Part shown: positions 48,860 through 59,571 of the stretch, piece by piece
Position numbering within the stretch: position 1 is the stretch's first letter
Layout of the letters: the number at the start of each line of letters is the position of its first letter
Source of the DNA: Candidatus Hydrogenedentota bacterium
GTDB lineage: Bacteria > Hydrogenedentota > Hydrogenedentia > Hydrogenedentales > JAEUWI01
Direction of reading: 5' to 3'
NCBI GenBank assembly: GCA_034669905.1
Contig: JAXMOL010000004.1
Span: forward strand, 96,001-160,000
Length of the DNA stretch: 64,000 nt
Notes under the pieces: generated by a model
The model's database searches: none
What the model was told of the DNA's origin: nothing
Seen by the model: the letters and a program-made list of their open reading frames with translations, nothing else
Translations under genes and position numbers: made by a program

Positions 48860-49723
48860 ATGTATCCCACCATTCTTGAGCTGGGGCCCATTACCCTCCA
48901 TTCCTATGGCCTGATGATAGCCATCGGATTTATTATTATCCTCTATTTCATGCAGCGGGACGCCCGCCGGGTTAACGTAGAGCCCCAGGCTATCGGCGAT
49001 ATGGCCTTCTGGACCCTGATTATCGGCGTCGCTTCCACGCGCTTGCTCCATATCATCATGTTCCCCCAGCACTACTCGTGGGATGATCCGATCGGATGGA
49101 TAGATGTGCGGCGCGGGGGGCTCGTCTTTCAGGGCGCCATACCAACGGCCGTCGGTTACGTTGTCTGGTCCCTGCGACGGCGTAAGATCTCCTTCCGCAC
49201 CGTGTGCGATGTGGTCATGCCCTATGTGCCGGTCGGCCAGGCCTTCGGACGAATCGGCTGCTTTCTGAAAGGGTGTTGCCACGGTGATCGGGCCGATGAG
49301 CTCTTGTGGGGCATCCGCTTTCCGGTGGATAGTCCTGCCTATGTGGCTCACCACCAACGCTATCCCGCGTTTCCAGCCGACGCCACCTGGTCCTATCCCG
49401 TCCACCCGACCCAGCTCTACAGCGTGGGCCTTCTTCTGGGCATGTGTGCGCTACTCTTGCTACTCCGCAAACGTCGCCCCTTTGAAGGGGTAACCTTCCC
49501 CATGTACTTTGTCCTCTATGGCATCTGCCGTTTTATCGTGGAGATTTATCGAGGGGACGGCAATCCTGTCCACACCATCGTCGGCATAGATTTCTCCTCC
49601 CAACAATTATTCTGTCTTGTCATGATCGTTTTTGGAATTGGGATGTGGTTCTATTTCCGTCAAACGCGTGACAATAATGCCGATCACCGCTTTCCCGATG
49701 GGATGGGAAGTAGCGACGGGTAA
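48860..49723 (+). CDS. lgt: Prolipoprotein diacylglyceryl transferase
   Basis: SYGLM, GGLVFQG, GRIGCFLKGCCHG, HPTQLY, RFIVEIYRGD. Confidence 0.93.
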   Translation: MYPTILELGPITLHSYGLMIAIGFIIILYFMQRDARRVNVEPQAIGDMAFWTLIIGVASTRLLHIIMFPQHYSWDDPIGWIDVRRGGLVFQGAIPTAVGYVVWSLRRRKISFRTVCDVVMPYVPVGQAFGRIGCFLKGCCHGDRADELLWGIRFPVDSPAYVAHHQRYPAFPADATWSYPVHPTQLYSVGLLLGMCALLLLLRKRRPFEGVTFPMYFVLYGICRFIVEIYRGDGNPVHTIVGIDFSSQQLFCLVMIVFGIGMWFYFRQTRDNNADHRFPDGMGSSDG

Positions 49724-49802
49724 AGGCTTGGTCTAACCCGCCGGTTCCGGTATACTGTTTTCCCGGTAAGTGCTGGCAAGCCTCACAACCCTGGGAGTCC
49801 CT

Positions 49803-50705
49803 ATGTGGCGCTTTGTGCATGTGACTGATCCGCATCTCGCGAGCAAGCGAGACGGAATATGGAACAATCGCTTCCTCTGTACCATGATGCCTGAGGTTAT
49901 GGCGTGCCTGAAACGCGATCTGGCAGCGTTGGATCCTGCGTTCATCCTCCTGACGGGGGATATCGTGAGTGCACAGACCCGTGAGGCCATGTTGGAGGCC
50001 CGGGACGAGGTAGAGCGTCTGGGGATACCCTATTATCCGATGGGTGGGAACCACGACTTCGTGTTGCGAGAATCCCGGGAGTGGTTTCTGGAGGCCTTTC
50101 AACATCGCCTCCCGAGACCGTGCACTTACTACTCCTACACCCACGAAAACCTTCACTTCTGTGTCCTCGACGCCTGGTGGATGTGGTCGGACGGGGCGCT
50201 GAGTGAAATCAGTGAAGCCTCCGTGGCACGGGACCTGGATACCTCCTTGGAGGGAGCACGGTGGGCCGTACCGCCCCATGTGCTGGATTGGCTGGAGAAG
50301 GACCTCTGCGCCCACCCTGATCTCGCCACCGTTATCGCCGTCCACTACCCGGCCGTTCCTATTCCGCAACGGTTGCATACGTCGGACTTTAACAATGGGG
50401 GGTGCCTGGAGAATGGAGGACTGCTCCTGGAATGTCTCCGCAGCCACCCCCAGGTGAAGGCGATATTTTCCGGCCATGTCCATATGCACTTTGCAGAGGA
50501 ACTGAACGGCATAACCCAGATAGTCACGGGAGCCTTGCCAGAGTTCCCCACGGAGTATCGCGACGTGCAGGTCTACGATGACCGCATGGAAATCAAGACC
50601 CTCGGGTTAAGCAATCCAGATTTCGCCCGACGCTCACTCATCGCCGGGAAGAGCTGGACGGCCGGCGGCCCCCAGGACCGGGAAGTGATCATTCCACTCC
50701 GTTAG
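49803..50705 (+). CDS. Calcineurin-like metallophosphoesterase (CpdA/Icc-like)
   Basis: DPH, TGD, GNHD, HYP and SGHVH motifs. Confidence 0.88.
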   Translation: MWRFVHVTDPHLASKRDGIWNNRFLCTMMPEVMACLKRDLAALDPAFILLTGDIVSAQTREAMLEARDEVERLGIPYYPMGGNHDFVLRESREWFLEAFQHRLPRPCTYYSYTHENLHFCVLDAWWMWSDGALSEISEASVARDLDTSLEGARWAVPPHVLDWLEKDLCAHPDLATVIAVHYPAVPIPQRLHTSDFNNGGCLENGGLLLECLRSHPQVKAIFSGHVHMHFAEELNGITQIVTGALPEFPTEYRDVQVYDDRMEIKTLGLSNPDFARRSLIAGKSWTAGGPQDREVIIPLR

Positions 50706-50738
50706 GCTCCGGGGCACGGGGATATAGAAGGAGGGGGG

Positions 50739-51236
50739 CTAGGTGCCCGCCGGGGCGTCATCCGCCACGGAAAGGGAGAGCACCAGCACCAGCTCGCGAT
50801 CTTCCTTCAGCTTCAGGCCACGGACCAACACCTGTTTGTCCGGACGGAGCAATAATTCCGTAGAGAGGGCTTCGATCTCCTTGGCCGGTGTCTCTTTCGA
50901 CAGGGTCAGGATGCGGAGACGCACCCGATGCCGACCGTCTGAACCGGCAACCGGCGCACTCATTTCCAGGGTATAATTGCTCGTCAGCGCGATCCGCGTA
51001 ATGCCGGACTCTTTCAGAGGATGAATCCCGGTGCTGACGTTCCGATAGGTATCGTGGGGGAGGGAGGACAGGACGCGATGTATCGCTTCCAGCCCCTTGT
51101 CATAGTGGGTGGTATCCCGGTCTTCGGTACGGGCTTCCACCACCCAGAGCTTCAATTCTGAACGTGCCGCCCCATGGGCCGTGGACCACGGCAGGGTCAG
51201 CGCTACAAAGAGGGCAACCGAGAGGGTTCGAAACAT
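50739..51236 (-). CDS. Hypothetical secreted protein
   Basis: Signal-peptide-like N-terminus (…STAHG); third gene of the ECF operon, starting 2 nt after the anti-sigma stop. Confidence 0.65.
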   Translation of the reverse strand: MFRTLSVALFVALTLPWSTAHGAARSELKLWVVEARTEDRDTTHYDKGLEAIHRVLSSLPHDTYRNVSTGIHPLKESGITRIALTSNYTLEMSAPVAGSDGRHRVRLRILTLSKETPAKEIEALSTELLLRPDKQVLVRGLKLKEDRELVLVLSLSVADDAPAGT

Positions 51237-51238
51237 TA

Positions 51239-51685
51239 TTAGACATCGTCCTCGGCGATAGAAATCCAAATGGTCGTCACCCCGTCATCGGAGTTATCCC
51301 AATGCACCGTCGCATCATTTAATTGGGTAGATACCGACTCGACTTCATTGGCCTTCACGGGCCCCGGGCCGGTAAATATAGAAAAGGTGGCAATGGCAAT
51401 CACCAGCGCAGCGGCCGACAGGCTCATCAGGGCCCACATGCCGCCGGGGCGCCGACGGGAGCGGGAAACCTCGGCCTGTATACCTTCCATGAAGGCAGGA
51501 AACTGGTTGTCCGAGAGCACGGGCGCTTCAGGCAGGGCACCCAGGGCGGCGCGCAACTGCAGGAGCGATTTCTGATGGGCGGCACAGGGGCCACAGGAGG
51601 CCAGATGGGCCTCCACAGCTTCCTGCTCGTGCGATTCGCCATCGACGAAACGCTCCACTTTGCTTGTCCATTTGCATGTTTTCAT
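51239..51685 (-). CDS. Zinc-finger (ZAS, zf-HC2) transmembrane anti-sigma factor
   Basis: HLASCGPC (HxxxCxxC), one TM helix, short external domain; directly after the sigma gene. Confidence 0.85.
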   Translation of the reverse strand: MKTCKWTSKVERFVDGESHEQEAVEAHLASCGPCAAHQKSLLQLRAALGALPEAPVLSDNQFPAFMEGIQAEVSRSRRRPGGMWALMSLSAAALVIAIATFSIFTGPGPVKANEVESVSTQLNDATVHWDNSDDGVTTIWISIAEDDV

Positions 51686-51687
51686 AA

Positions 51688-52329
51688 TCAACTACCCTCC
51701 ACGTAGCCCATGGCGACCAATTTAGTCTGCAATTTTTTCCGGGCGTGATGCAATCGGCTCATCACCGTACCTTCACTACAGTTCATGACTTCCGCCATTT
51801 CTTTGTAGGACATCCCTTCATATTCTCGCAGCACAAAGGCCATCCGGTGCTTAGGGGAAATACCGTCCAATGCCGTTTGAATCGCCTTTCCCAACTCAGT
51901 ATTCGCCAGTTCCTGACTGGGGTCAGACGGAGCCGCGAAAAAGTCCTGGGTGGGCAAGGCATCCATCGACACGGTCGGTAGACGTCGCTTTTTAAAATGG
52001 TCTTTACAGTGGTTGGCCGCAATGCGGAGCAACCAGGTCTTTATACCCGCATCGCCACGAAAGCGCCCGAGTGAACGGTAGGCCTTAATAAAGACCTCCT
52101 GGGAGACATCCCACGCTTCCTCGCGATTTCGGAGAAAATGGTAACTTAAACCAAAAACATCGTTTCGATACCGTCGAACCAACTCTTCAAAGGCCTGTGG
52201 CTCACCTGATTTCGCACGCGTTACCAATTCGGCATCGGTCGCATCACGTGGTAATTTCAGCTTCTCCACACGCTCCTCTTCCACAGCAATTCGGTCATAA
52301 AAGAGACCGGATTCGATTGACATGCTCAT
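51688..52329 (-). CDS. ECF RNA polymerase sigma factor
   Basis: AFEELVRRY, DVSQEVFIKAY, KTWLLRIAAN, EGMSYKEMAEVM..SEGTVMSRLHHAR. Confidence 0.93.
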   Translation of the reverse strand: MSMSIESGLFYDRIAVEEERVEKLKLPRDATDAELVTRAKSGEPQAFEELVRRYRNDVFGLSYHFLRNREEAWDVSQEVFIKAYRSLGRFRGDAGIKTWLLRIAANHCKDHFKKRRLPTVSMDALPTQDFFAAPSDPSQELANTELGKAIQTALDGISPKHRMAFVLREYEGMSYKEMAEVMNCSEGTVMSRLHHARKKLQTKLVAMGYVEGS

Positions 52330-52356
52330 ACGCTGAATCTCCTCATTCCACAGATA

Positions 52357-52383
52357 GAGACGCGCGGGGAGCCTATGTATTCA
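52357..52383 (-). promoter_or_regulatory. Putative autoregulated ECF promoter
   Basis: Minus-strand TGAATA-N15-CGTCTC about 28 nt upstream of the sigma start, resembling TGAA/CGTC ECF promoters. Confidence 0.5.
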
Positions 52384-52609
52384 AAATACTTTCGTTCATG
52401 ATTGTACCATCCTGGAGCGGGGGGTTAAAGTGCGAATACTACAACCGCCACTTACCCGAAAGCCCCGACGAACTGGCAGCCAGGCACCGGCGAAAATGCA
52501 GTCGCTTTAGCGCGAATCCTTCTGGTACACTTGAAAAGGAGTTGATGGCGATAGCAACACGATAAGAACGGCCTGGACCTGCTTTCCAGGAATACAGTTT
52601 GGAGAACCT

Positions 52610-54193
52610 ATGCAACGCAAATCCAGCAGATCTGAATTCTTTGCGCTTTTCACCTTCCTCGCCGTCTTGGTACTGCTTCTGACCAATGGCTTCGCCCCGC
52701 GAATTCACGCGCAGGGAGATGAGGTTGATCTGTACCCCCGTATCGAACCCATCGGCGAAGTGCTCTCGAAGATCCTGAATGAGTATGTTGAAGATGCCGA
52801 CCTGGACCAGGTTGTTGAGGGTGCCATCTTTGGCATGATGGGTGCCCTGGGCGGACACAACAGTTATATCCCGGTCGAAGTCCTGACGGAAATGCGCGAA
52901 GATACCCGCGGCGAATTCGAAGGCATCGGTGTTTCCATTCGAGAAGAGGGCAAAGAAGTCGTCATTTATATGCCCATCGAAGGGGCGCCTGCTGCGGAGG
53001 CCGGTTTACTCGCCGGCGATATCATCGTTGCGGTCGATGACGAAACCACTGCCAGCATGTGGGAAGCCAACGAAGACAACCCGGCTTTTAAGATAGTTAA
53101 CGCTGTGGCTGATCGTATCCGTGGCGAGCGGGGGACTTCGGTGAAGATCACCGTATCCCGCAGAGTGGGTGGCGCGCTCCAGAATATGGACTTTATGGTC
53201 AAGCGGGCCAAAGTGCCGCTGGAAAGTATCAAGGAAGCGCGCATTCTTCCCGGGGATATCGGCTATATTCGTATTCGCGATTTCAAAGATAACACCGCGA
53301 AGGATATGCGGAAGCGTATCGTCGAGTTTAAGGAAGAGGGCATGAAGGCCTTCGTACTGGACCTTCGCTGGAACCCCGGTGGCCTGCTGAGTGCCAGCCG
53401 GGAAGTGTGCGATCTCTTCCTGCCGAAGAAATCCCTGGTCACCTACACCAAGGGGCGGCCCCGTGCGGATGGTTCGGAAAACCCGGAAAACATGGAACTG
53501 TACACCGATCATGCTCCGGTCCTGCCCCTCGATTTCCCGATGGCCGTGCTGGTCAATGGGGACACGGCGAGCTCCGCAGAGATCGTGACCGGTGCCCTGC
53601 AATTTCACAAGCGGGCCATCGTAATTGGCGAGAAGACCTTTGGTAAGGGCAGTGTTCAGACTATCATCCCCCTGAAGCGCCCCAAGGATACGGCACTCCG
53701 CCTTACCACGGCGTTGTACTACACGCCCGCGGACGTCACCATCGATCACCAGGGCATCCTTCCAGATGTAAAGGTGGAAATGGACCGTGGGGACGTGAAC
53801 GCCCTTATCAACCAGATGTTCCGTTCCTATGAAAAGGACCCGAGCAAGCGCAACAAACAGAATCACGGCACCGCTTCGGGCAACGTAGTGACCGAAATTG
53901 ACAGCGCCGATGAAGATAAGGAAGAGGCCCTCCTCGCCGAGGTCGCCGCGTACTACGGCGAAGATGTATCCAACATTCTGCGTGATCGGGTCAGCCTGAA
54001 GGAACGGGACGAGAAGACCGTAGAAGATCTTCCGCTCCTTCGTGCCGTCGAGATTATTCAGGAGAGCCCGGACTGGCCGGCGACCTTCAAGAAGTACCAT
54101 CGGGATGTACGCGAGACCCAAATGGCCGCGAGCACCGTGGCCGAAGAGGAGGGCACCGCGTCCGAGGCAACCGCCGAGACGACGGAACCCTGA
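52610..54193 (+). CDS. ctpA: S41 family C-terminal processing protease with PDZ domain
   Basis: [24 protein letters not shown] (Ser), TFGKGSVQ (Lys). Confidence 0.9.
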   Translation: MQRKSSRSEFFALFTFLAVLVLLLTNGFAPRIHAQGDEVDLYPRIEPIGEVLSKILNEYVEDADLDQVVEGAIFGMMGALGGHNSYIPVEVLTEMREDTRGEFEGIGVSIREEGKEVVIYMPIEGAPAAEAGLLAGDIIVAVDDETTASMWEANEDNPAFKIVNAVADRIRGERGTSVKITVSRRVGGALQNMDFMVKRAKVPLESIKEARILPGDIGYIRIRDFKDNTAKDMRKRIVEFKEEGMKAFVLDLRWNPGGLLSASREVCDLFLPKKSLVTYTKGRPRADGSENPENMELYTDHAPVLPLDFPMAVLVNGDTASSAEIVTGALQFHKRAIVIGEKTFGKGSVQTIIPLKRPKDTALRLTTALYYTPADVTIDHQGILPDVKVEMDRGDVNALINQMFRSYEKDPSKRNKQNHGTASGNVVTEIDSADEDKEEALLAEVAAYYGEDVSNILRDRVSLKERDEKTVEDLPLLRAVEIIQESPDWPATFKKYHRDVRETQMAASTVAEEEGTASEATAETTEP

Positions 54194-54281
54194 TCCCCCC
54201 AGACAGATGACAGCCCTTGCGGCGCTATCGCTTTCCGCGATGGCGCCGTTGTTTACTAAGCAATACCGATTGGGAGTATTT

Positions 54282-54992
54282 ATGCGAAGCGATGGTCGTA
54301 CCCAGGATGCCCTGCGTCCTGTCACCTTTCAACGTCATTTCACGCGGCATGCTGCGGGCTCCGTGCTCGTATCCTTTGGCGACACCAAAGTGATCTGTAC
54401 CGCCTGCCTGGAATCCCGGGTCCCACCGTGGCTGCGGGACAGCGGTAAGGGCTGGGTGACGGCCGAATACGCCATGCTTCCGGGAGCGACCCACGAGCGG
54501 ATTCGCCGGGAGTCCAATTCGAAGGGCCGTGCCCTGGAAATCAGCCGCTTGATTGGCCGGTCGCTGCGGGCCGTCGTTGATTTGGAGAAACTCGGCGAAC
54601 AGATGATCACCCTCGATTGTGATGTTATTCAGGCCGATGGCGGCACCCGCACCGCCGCAATATCCGGTGCGTATGTGGCGCTCCATGATGCGGTTGCTCA
54701 ACTCATTACCAATGGCACCCTGACAGAATCGCCTTTGCTCGGTGCCTGCGCCGCCGTAAGTGTCGGTGTGGTGGGGGAAGAGGTCCTGCTCGATTTGTGC
54801 TATGAAGAAGACGTGGTCGCCGAAGTGGATATGAATGTCGTCATGAATGGGGAGCAGCAGTTTATCGAAATTCAGGGCTGCGCCGAAGGACAGCCCTTCG
54901 ACCGGGGGCAAATGGATGCCATGCTGGCCCATGCGGAAAGCGGTATTGCCCAGATCATCGCGGCACAAAAGGACGCCCTGGCTCATGGCTGA
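54282..54992 (+). CDS. rph: Ribonuclease PH
   Basis: [35 protein letters not shown]. Confidence 0.96.
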   Translation: MRSDGRTQDALRPVTFQRHFTRHAAGSVLVSFGDTKVICTACLESRVPPWLRDSGKGWVTAEYAMLPGATHERIRRESNSKGRALEISRLIGRSLRAVVDLEKLGEQMITLDCDVIQADGGTRTAAISGAYVALHDAVAQLITNGTLTESPLLGACAAVSVGVVGEEVLLDLCYEEDVVAEVDMNVVMNGEQQFIEIQGCAEGQPFDRGQMDAMLAHAESGIAQIIAAQKDALAHG

Positions 54993-55593
54993 GATATTGC
55001 TCATCGGTTCAGGCAACCGGGACAAGGCCCGAGAGCTGGCCACCTTACTGGAGGGGCTCCCCTGGGAAGTCCGCTGCCTGAAAGATTATCCGGCGGTCGA
55101 TGAACCCGAAGAAGACGGCGAAACCTTCGAAGCAAATGCGCTCAAGAAAGCCCGGTTTTACGGGGAACATTTCGGGGTGGCCTGTGTGGCCGATGACTCC
55201 GGGCTCGCGGTGGATTTCCTCGACGGCGCGCCTGGCGTCTATTCCGCCCGGTATGCGGGTGAGGCGTGCAGCTATGAGGCCAACAACAAGAAATTACTTT
55301 CCGCCCTGGCCGGTATCCCCTGGCACGAGCGGACGGCCCACTTCTGTTGCTGCGCCGCCTTTGTACCCAAAGAGGACCCGTCGCATCATATCGAAATGGG
55401 TCTATGTCACGGGCATATAGCGGTATCCCCATCAGGCGCGGGAGGTTTTGGCTACGACCCCCTCTTCGTGCCGGAAGGGGAAGAGCGAAGCTTTGCCGAG
55501 ATGCGACCGGAAGAAAAGCATGCCATCAGCCACCGCGGCCGGGCCTTTGCCCAATTGCGCCACTTCCTGGAGACCCGTCATGATAGTGGGTGA
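54985..55593 (+). CDS. rdgB: Non-canonical purine NTP pyrophosphatase (Ham1)
   Basis: [32 protein letters not shown]; overlaps the rph stop. Confidence 0.94.
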   Translation: MAEILLIGSGNRDKARELATLLEGLPWEVRCLKDYPAVDEPEEDGETFEANALKKARFYGEHFGVACVADDSGLAVDFLDGAPGVYSARYAGEACSYEANNKKLLSALAGIPWHERTAHFCCCAAFVPKEDPSHHIEMGLCHGHIAVSPSGAGGFGYDPLFVPEGEERSFAEMRPEEKHAISHRGRAFAQLRHFLETRHDSG

Positions 55594-56194
55594 TCCACGG
55601 CAGCCGGAGTCAATTCAGGACGCCGTTGCAACGCTCCGCAAAGGCGGGATCGTGGCCTATCCCACCGAAACGGTATATGGACTCGCCGTTGACCCGTACA
55701 ATTTGCACGCACTCGATCTCCTGTTTTCCGCCAAGGGGCGTAACCGAGAGAAGGCTATCCTGTTGATTGTGGCAGACCAGGCCCAACTGGCCGATGTCAC
55801 AGCAACTGTTTCACCGCGGGCACAAGCCCTGATTGATGCCTTCTGGCCAGGCCCGCTCTCCATCCTGTTTCCCAAACATCCCGAACTGCCCGAGGCCCTC
55901 GCGCCCGGTCTGGACAAGATCTGTGTCCGCTGCCCGGGTGCCGATGTTGCCCGGGCGCTTTGTGCTGCCTTTGGGGGGGCTATCACGTCTACTTCGGCGA
56001 ACGCCAGTGGGGAGGCCCCCATAGCGCGCCTGGCCGACCTTCACTTGCCCCATATCGCGCTGGGCCTCGATGGAGGCACGCTGGCACCATCGCCACCGTC
56101 TACTATCGTAGACGCCGAAACCGGCGAGGTACTTCGCGAAGGCGTTGTCAGCCGGGCTGCGATCGCGGCAGTCCTGAACGACCTGAAACCCTGA
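55580..56194 (+). CDS. tsaC: L-threonylcarbamoyladenylate synthase (YrdC/Sua5, short form)
   Basis: YPTETVYGL, KGR, FWPGPL, STSANASG, PSTIVD. Confidence 0.92.
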   Translation: MIVGDPRQPESIQDAVATLRKGGIVAYPTETVYGLAVDPYNLHALDLLFSAKGRNREKAILLIVADQAQLADVTATVSPRAQALIDAFWPGPLSILFPKHPELPEALAPGLDKICVRCPGADVARALCAAFGGAITSTSANASGEAPIARLADLHLPHIALGLDGGTLAPSPPSTIVDAETGEVLREGVVSRAAIAAVLNDLKP

Positions 56195-56279
56195 TTCCCC
56201 GCGGATTACTTGTGCTGGAGCCCCCGGACTCCCTACAATACCCCTGTTGAAACGAAGTCCAACCTACGGAATTTTCCCC

Positions 56280-56753
56280 ATGAATCTCGCTTTCGGATGT
56301 GATCACGCCGGTTATGAAGACCCTGCACCCTACTACGCCCCGGCACTGATCGAGTACCTGGAGTCTTTGGGGCACTCCGTAGAACATGTAGGTACCTATG
56401 GGCAGGGTTCGGTGGACTATCCGGATTTCGCAGAGAAAGTTGCCTGTGCCGTCTTGAACAAATCGGCCGATCTGGGAATTCTTCTTTGCGGTACGGGCAT
56501 GGGAATCAGCATCGCTGCCAACCGCCACCAGGGCATCCGGGCCGCTGCCTGTGTGACGGAAGAAATGGTGCGGCTGGCCCGCAACCACAACAACGCAAAT
56601 ATCCTTTGTATCGGGCGCCGCATTCTATCCATTGATGAATGCAAGCACCTGATCGATATCTTTCTGAGTACTGAATTCAGCGGCGGTGAGCGCCATGTGC
56701 GCCGCATCGACAAAATGGATCACCTCGGGCAAACGACCCGCACGACTTCCTGA
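56280..56753 (+). CDS. rpiB: Ribose 5-phosphate isomerase B
   Basis: GCDHAG, VDYPD, CGTGMGISIAAN, RNHNNAN, GERHVRR. Confidence 0.94.
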   Translation: MNLAFGCDHAGYEDPAPYYAPALIEYLESLGHSVEHVGTYGQGSVDYPDFAEKVACAVLNKSADLGILLCGTGMGISIAANRHQGIRAAACVTEEMVRLARNHNNANILCIGRRILSIDECKHLIDIFLSTEFSGGERHVRRIDKMDHLGQTTRTTS

Positions 56754-56816
56754 GTTCGTCGACCACCTCCACGACCCCGCTGCCCTTGAGCCCCTGACTG
56801 CAGGAGAAGTATCCCT

Positions 56817-58205
56817 ATGAGCGCATTGACGCCCCTGGAAATCGTCGAAGCCCTGGACCGCCATATCGTCGGTCAAAAGGAAGCCAAGAAGAAAGTGGCC
56901 ATCGCCCTGCGGAACCGGTGGCGACGGCAACAGCTTCCCGAGGCCTTGCGTGAGGAAGTTGCCCCAAAGAACATCATCATGATCGGACCAACGGGCGTGG
57001 GCAAGACCGAAGTGGCTCGACGCCTGTCGAAATTGGCAGACGCGCCCTTTGTAAAGGTAGAGGCTTCAAAGTTTACCGAAGTGGGCTATGTCGGGCGCGA
57101 TTGCGAGTCCATGATCCGTGAACTCACCGAAGTGGGAATCAAGCTGGTCAAGGAAGAGATGCAGCGCGAAGTACAGGGGGAAGCGGCGGCACAGGCCGAA
57201 GCCAAGCTGCTGGATCTCCTGTTGCCCCCCCAACCCAGCGGCCCCGAGAAGATTTTTCGACCGGGAGACCCCCAGAGTGGGGATGAAGGTCCCGCCAGAA
57301 ACCTGGACCAGGACCCGGCCACCCGCACCCGGGAGATTCTGTTGCAGAAACTCCGGTCCGGCGATTTGGATAATCGGGAAGTCGAAGTCCGTGTCAAGGA
57401 TACGGGCAACAGCTCCGTCATGCAGGTATTCGGCGCCAACGGGATGGAAGAAATGGGCGTCAATCTGCAGGAAATGATGGGGCGCATGATGCCGCAAAAG
57501 TCGAAGGTACGGAAGGTCACGGTCGCGGAAGCCCGGGGCATTCTGGAGCAAGAGGCCGTCCAGGAACTCATCGACATGGATAGCGTGACACCCCTGGCCA
57601 TCGACCGGGTGGAAAATTCGGGCATCGTCTTCCTCGACGAAATCGACAAGATTGCAGGGCGGGGCCAACATGGTCAGGGCCCTGATGTCTCCCGAGAAGG
57701 CGTCCAGCGCGACATCCTTCCCATTGTGGAAGGCAGCACGGTCATGACGAAATACGGTCCCGTTCGCACCGATCACATCCTTTTTATCGCAGCAGGCGCC
57801 TTTCACATTGCCAAGGTGTCCGACCTGATCCCCGAGCTGCAAGGCCGCTTTCCCATCCGCGTAGAACTCGACAATCTGGGGGCCACCGACTTCGGACGTA
57901 TCCTCCGGGAGCCCGAGTGTTCGCTCATTACCCAATACATCAGCATGCTGAAGACAGAAGGGGTTACCCTGGAATTTGATGACGCCGCTATTGACGCCAT
58001 CGCCGCCTTCTGCCAACGGGTAAACGACGAGACCGAGAACATCGGCGCACGGCGTCTCCATACGCTGATGGAAAACCTCCTGGAAGATATCTCATTCGAA
58101 GCGCCAAACCGCCCGGGAGAAACCATTCGCGTGGATGTGGCCATGGTGAACGACCGACTGGCCTCCAAAGTAGAAGACCAGGATCTGTCCAAGTACATAC
58201 TCTAA
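56817..58205 (+). CDS. hslU: ATP-dependent protease ATPase subunit HslU
   Basis: GPTGVGKTE, GYVG pore loop, DEIDK, PELQGRFP, C-terminal DLSKYIL. Confidence 0.97.
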   Translation: MSALTPLEIVEALDRHIVGQKEAKKKVAIALRNRWRRQQLPEALREEVAPKNIIMIGPTGVGKTEVARRLSKLADAPFVKVEASKFTEVGYVGRDCESMIRELTEVGIKLVKEEMQREVQGEAAAQAEAKLLDLLLPPQPSGPEKIFRPGDPQSGDEGPARNLDQDPATRTREILLQKLRSGDLDNREVEVRVKDTGNSSVMQVFGANGMEEMGVNLQEMMGRMMPQKSKVRKVTVAEARGILEQEAVQELIDMDSVTPLAIDRVENSGIVFLDEIDKIAGRGQHGQGPDVSREGVQRDILPIVEGSTVMTKYGPVRTDHILFIAAGAFHIAKVSDLIPELQGRFPIRVELDNLGATDFGRILREPECSLITQYISMLKTEGVTLEFDDAAIDAIAAFCQRVNDETENIGARRLHTLMENLLEDISFEAPNRPGETIRVDVAMVNDRLASKVEDQDLSKYIL

Positions 58206-58244
58206 GGCCGTGCCACTGCGGTACTAACGGGGAGCGCGCTCGCT

Positions 58245-58946
58245 ATGACCACCTTTGACGTCTTGCTGGAAGCCGGTGTGGGGGGGGCCGCCATGTCGGA
58301 TCAGTCCGACGGCGACTGCGGATGGGCGGGGGCGGTCACGGGCACCCGAGGGCGCTTTCTCTTGGCCCAGCATATGGATCCCCCCTCCCTCGCCATTCAA
58401 CGACAGGTCCACGGCACCCATGTGCGCACCGTGGGCCTGGCTACCCCGGGCTTGGGCGCCACCAGCCCCCAGGACGCGATGGGGGACGGGGATGGACTAA
58501 TCACGAATGTGGTAGGCCTTCCGCTGGCCGTAACCGTGGCCGATTGCGTCCCGATATTACTCTTTGAGCCCCACGCGGGTGTTGTCGCGGCACTCCATGC
58601 CGGGCGGGAAGGTACGGTGGGCGGCATTGCCACCGAGGGTATACGCCAAATGGTCTCGGTGTTCGGGGCTGACCCGGGCGCGATTTTGGCGGTTATCGGA
58701 CCCTCAGCCGGGCCTTGTTGCTATGAAGTATCTCCCGAAATGCGGGACGAATGTGGGGAGCAGGGGGTGGTCACCCGGGGGCGCCACCTGGACCTCTGGC
58801 AAAGCAATCGGGCCCAGTTACTTGGCGGGGGCGTTAAAGATGCGCATATCACGGTTACAAAGGAATGCACGATCTGCACGGAGCGCTACTACTCCTACCG
58901 CCGTCAGGGCACGGCCGCGCGGAATCTGGCGGCAATCATGCGCTGA
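58245..58946 (+). CDS. pgeF: PgeF/YfiH (laccase-domain, purine nucleoside phosphorylase) protein
   Basis: QVHG, DGLIT, VADCVPIL, HAGREG, IGPSAGPCCYEV, YYSYRR. Confidence 0.88.
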   Translation: MTTFDVLLEAGVGGAAMSDQSDGDCGWAGAVTGTRGRFLLAQHMDPPSLAIQRQVHGTHVRTVGLATPGLGATSPQDAMGDGDGLITNVVGLPLAVTVADCVPILLFEPHAGVVAALHAGREGTVGGIATEGIRQMVSVFGADPGAILAVIGPSAGPCCYEVSPEMRDECGEQGVVTRGRHLDLWQSNRAQLLGGGVKDAHITVTKECTICTERYYSYRRQGTAARNLAAIMR

Positions 58947-58985
58947 CACGGGCAGGGAGAGCACGTGAAATACTGAATTTGCGCA

Positions 58986-59015
58986 TTGCACCACCCCGGG
59001 CTCTTATGTTAGAAT
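58986..59015 (+). promoter_or_regulatory. Sigma70-type promoter of rimP-nusA-infB
   Basis: TTGCAC-N18-TAGAAT with an extended TG. Confidence 0.5.
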
Positions 59016-59044
59016 CGGGCAGTCATATTAATGCGACTTCGCGG

Positions 59045-59071
59045 AAAAGTGGGTCTTGGCCCGCTTTTTTT
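59045..59071 (+). promoter_or_regulatory. rimP leader terminator/attenuator hairpin
   Basis: AAAAGTGGGT-CTTG-GCCCGC followed by T7, just upstream of rimP; this is the usual position and shape of the rimP leader. Confidence 0.7.
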
Positions 59072-59091
59072 GTTAACTGCCGAGGTATAAG

Positions 59092-59550
59092 GTGAGCAAA
59101 GAAGAACTCGTTCGACGTTTCTGGTCGGTATTCGAGCCTGAAATACTCGAACAAGGGTACGATCTTGTCGAGGTTGAGGTAACCGGACAAGGGGGCGTAC
59201 GTATTCTACGGATATATATTGACAAGGAACCCGGTGGAATTCGTCATGAAGACTGCGCCACCGTCTCCCAGTTACTCAACCCGCTGCTGGATGCTGACAA
59301 TTTTATAAACGACAACTACATATTGGAAGTTTCGTCACCCGGAATCGATCGTCCGGTGCGAAAACCCAAGGATTTCGAACGCTTTACGGGTGAATCTATC
59401 ACGATTAACACCCATTCTCCCGTACTAGGGCAAAAGAAATTCACAGGCGTGCTACGCGGCTTTGACGACGGACTCATACAGGTGGATTGTGACGGAACCC
59501 TCTACGAGATACACGCAGAGAATCTTCGCAAGGCCAATCTAAACCGGTAG
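59092..59550 (+). CDS. rimP: Ribosome maturation factor RimP
   Basis: LRIYID, EDCATVS, YILEVSSPGIDRP. Confidence 0.95.
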   Translation: MSKEELVRRFWSVFEPEILEQGYDLVEVEVTGQGGVRILRIYIDKEPGGIRHEDCATVSQLLNPLLDADNFINDNYILEVSSPGIDRPVRKPKDFERFTGESITINTHSPVLGQKKFTGVLRGFDDGLIQVDCDGTLYEIHAENLRKANLNR

Positions 59551-59571
59551 AGACCGAGCAGGGAGAGTGCT

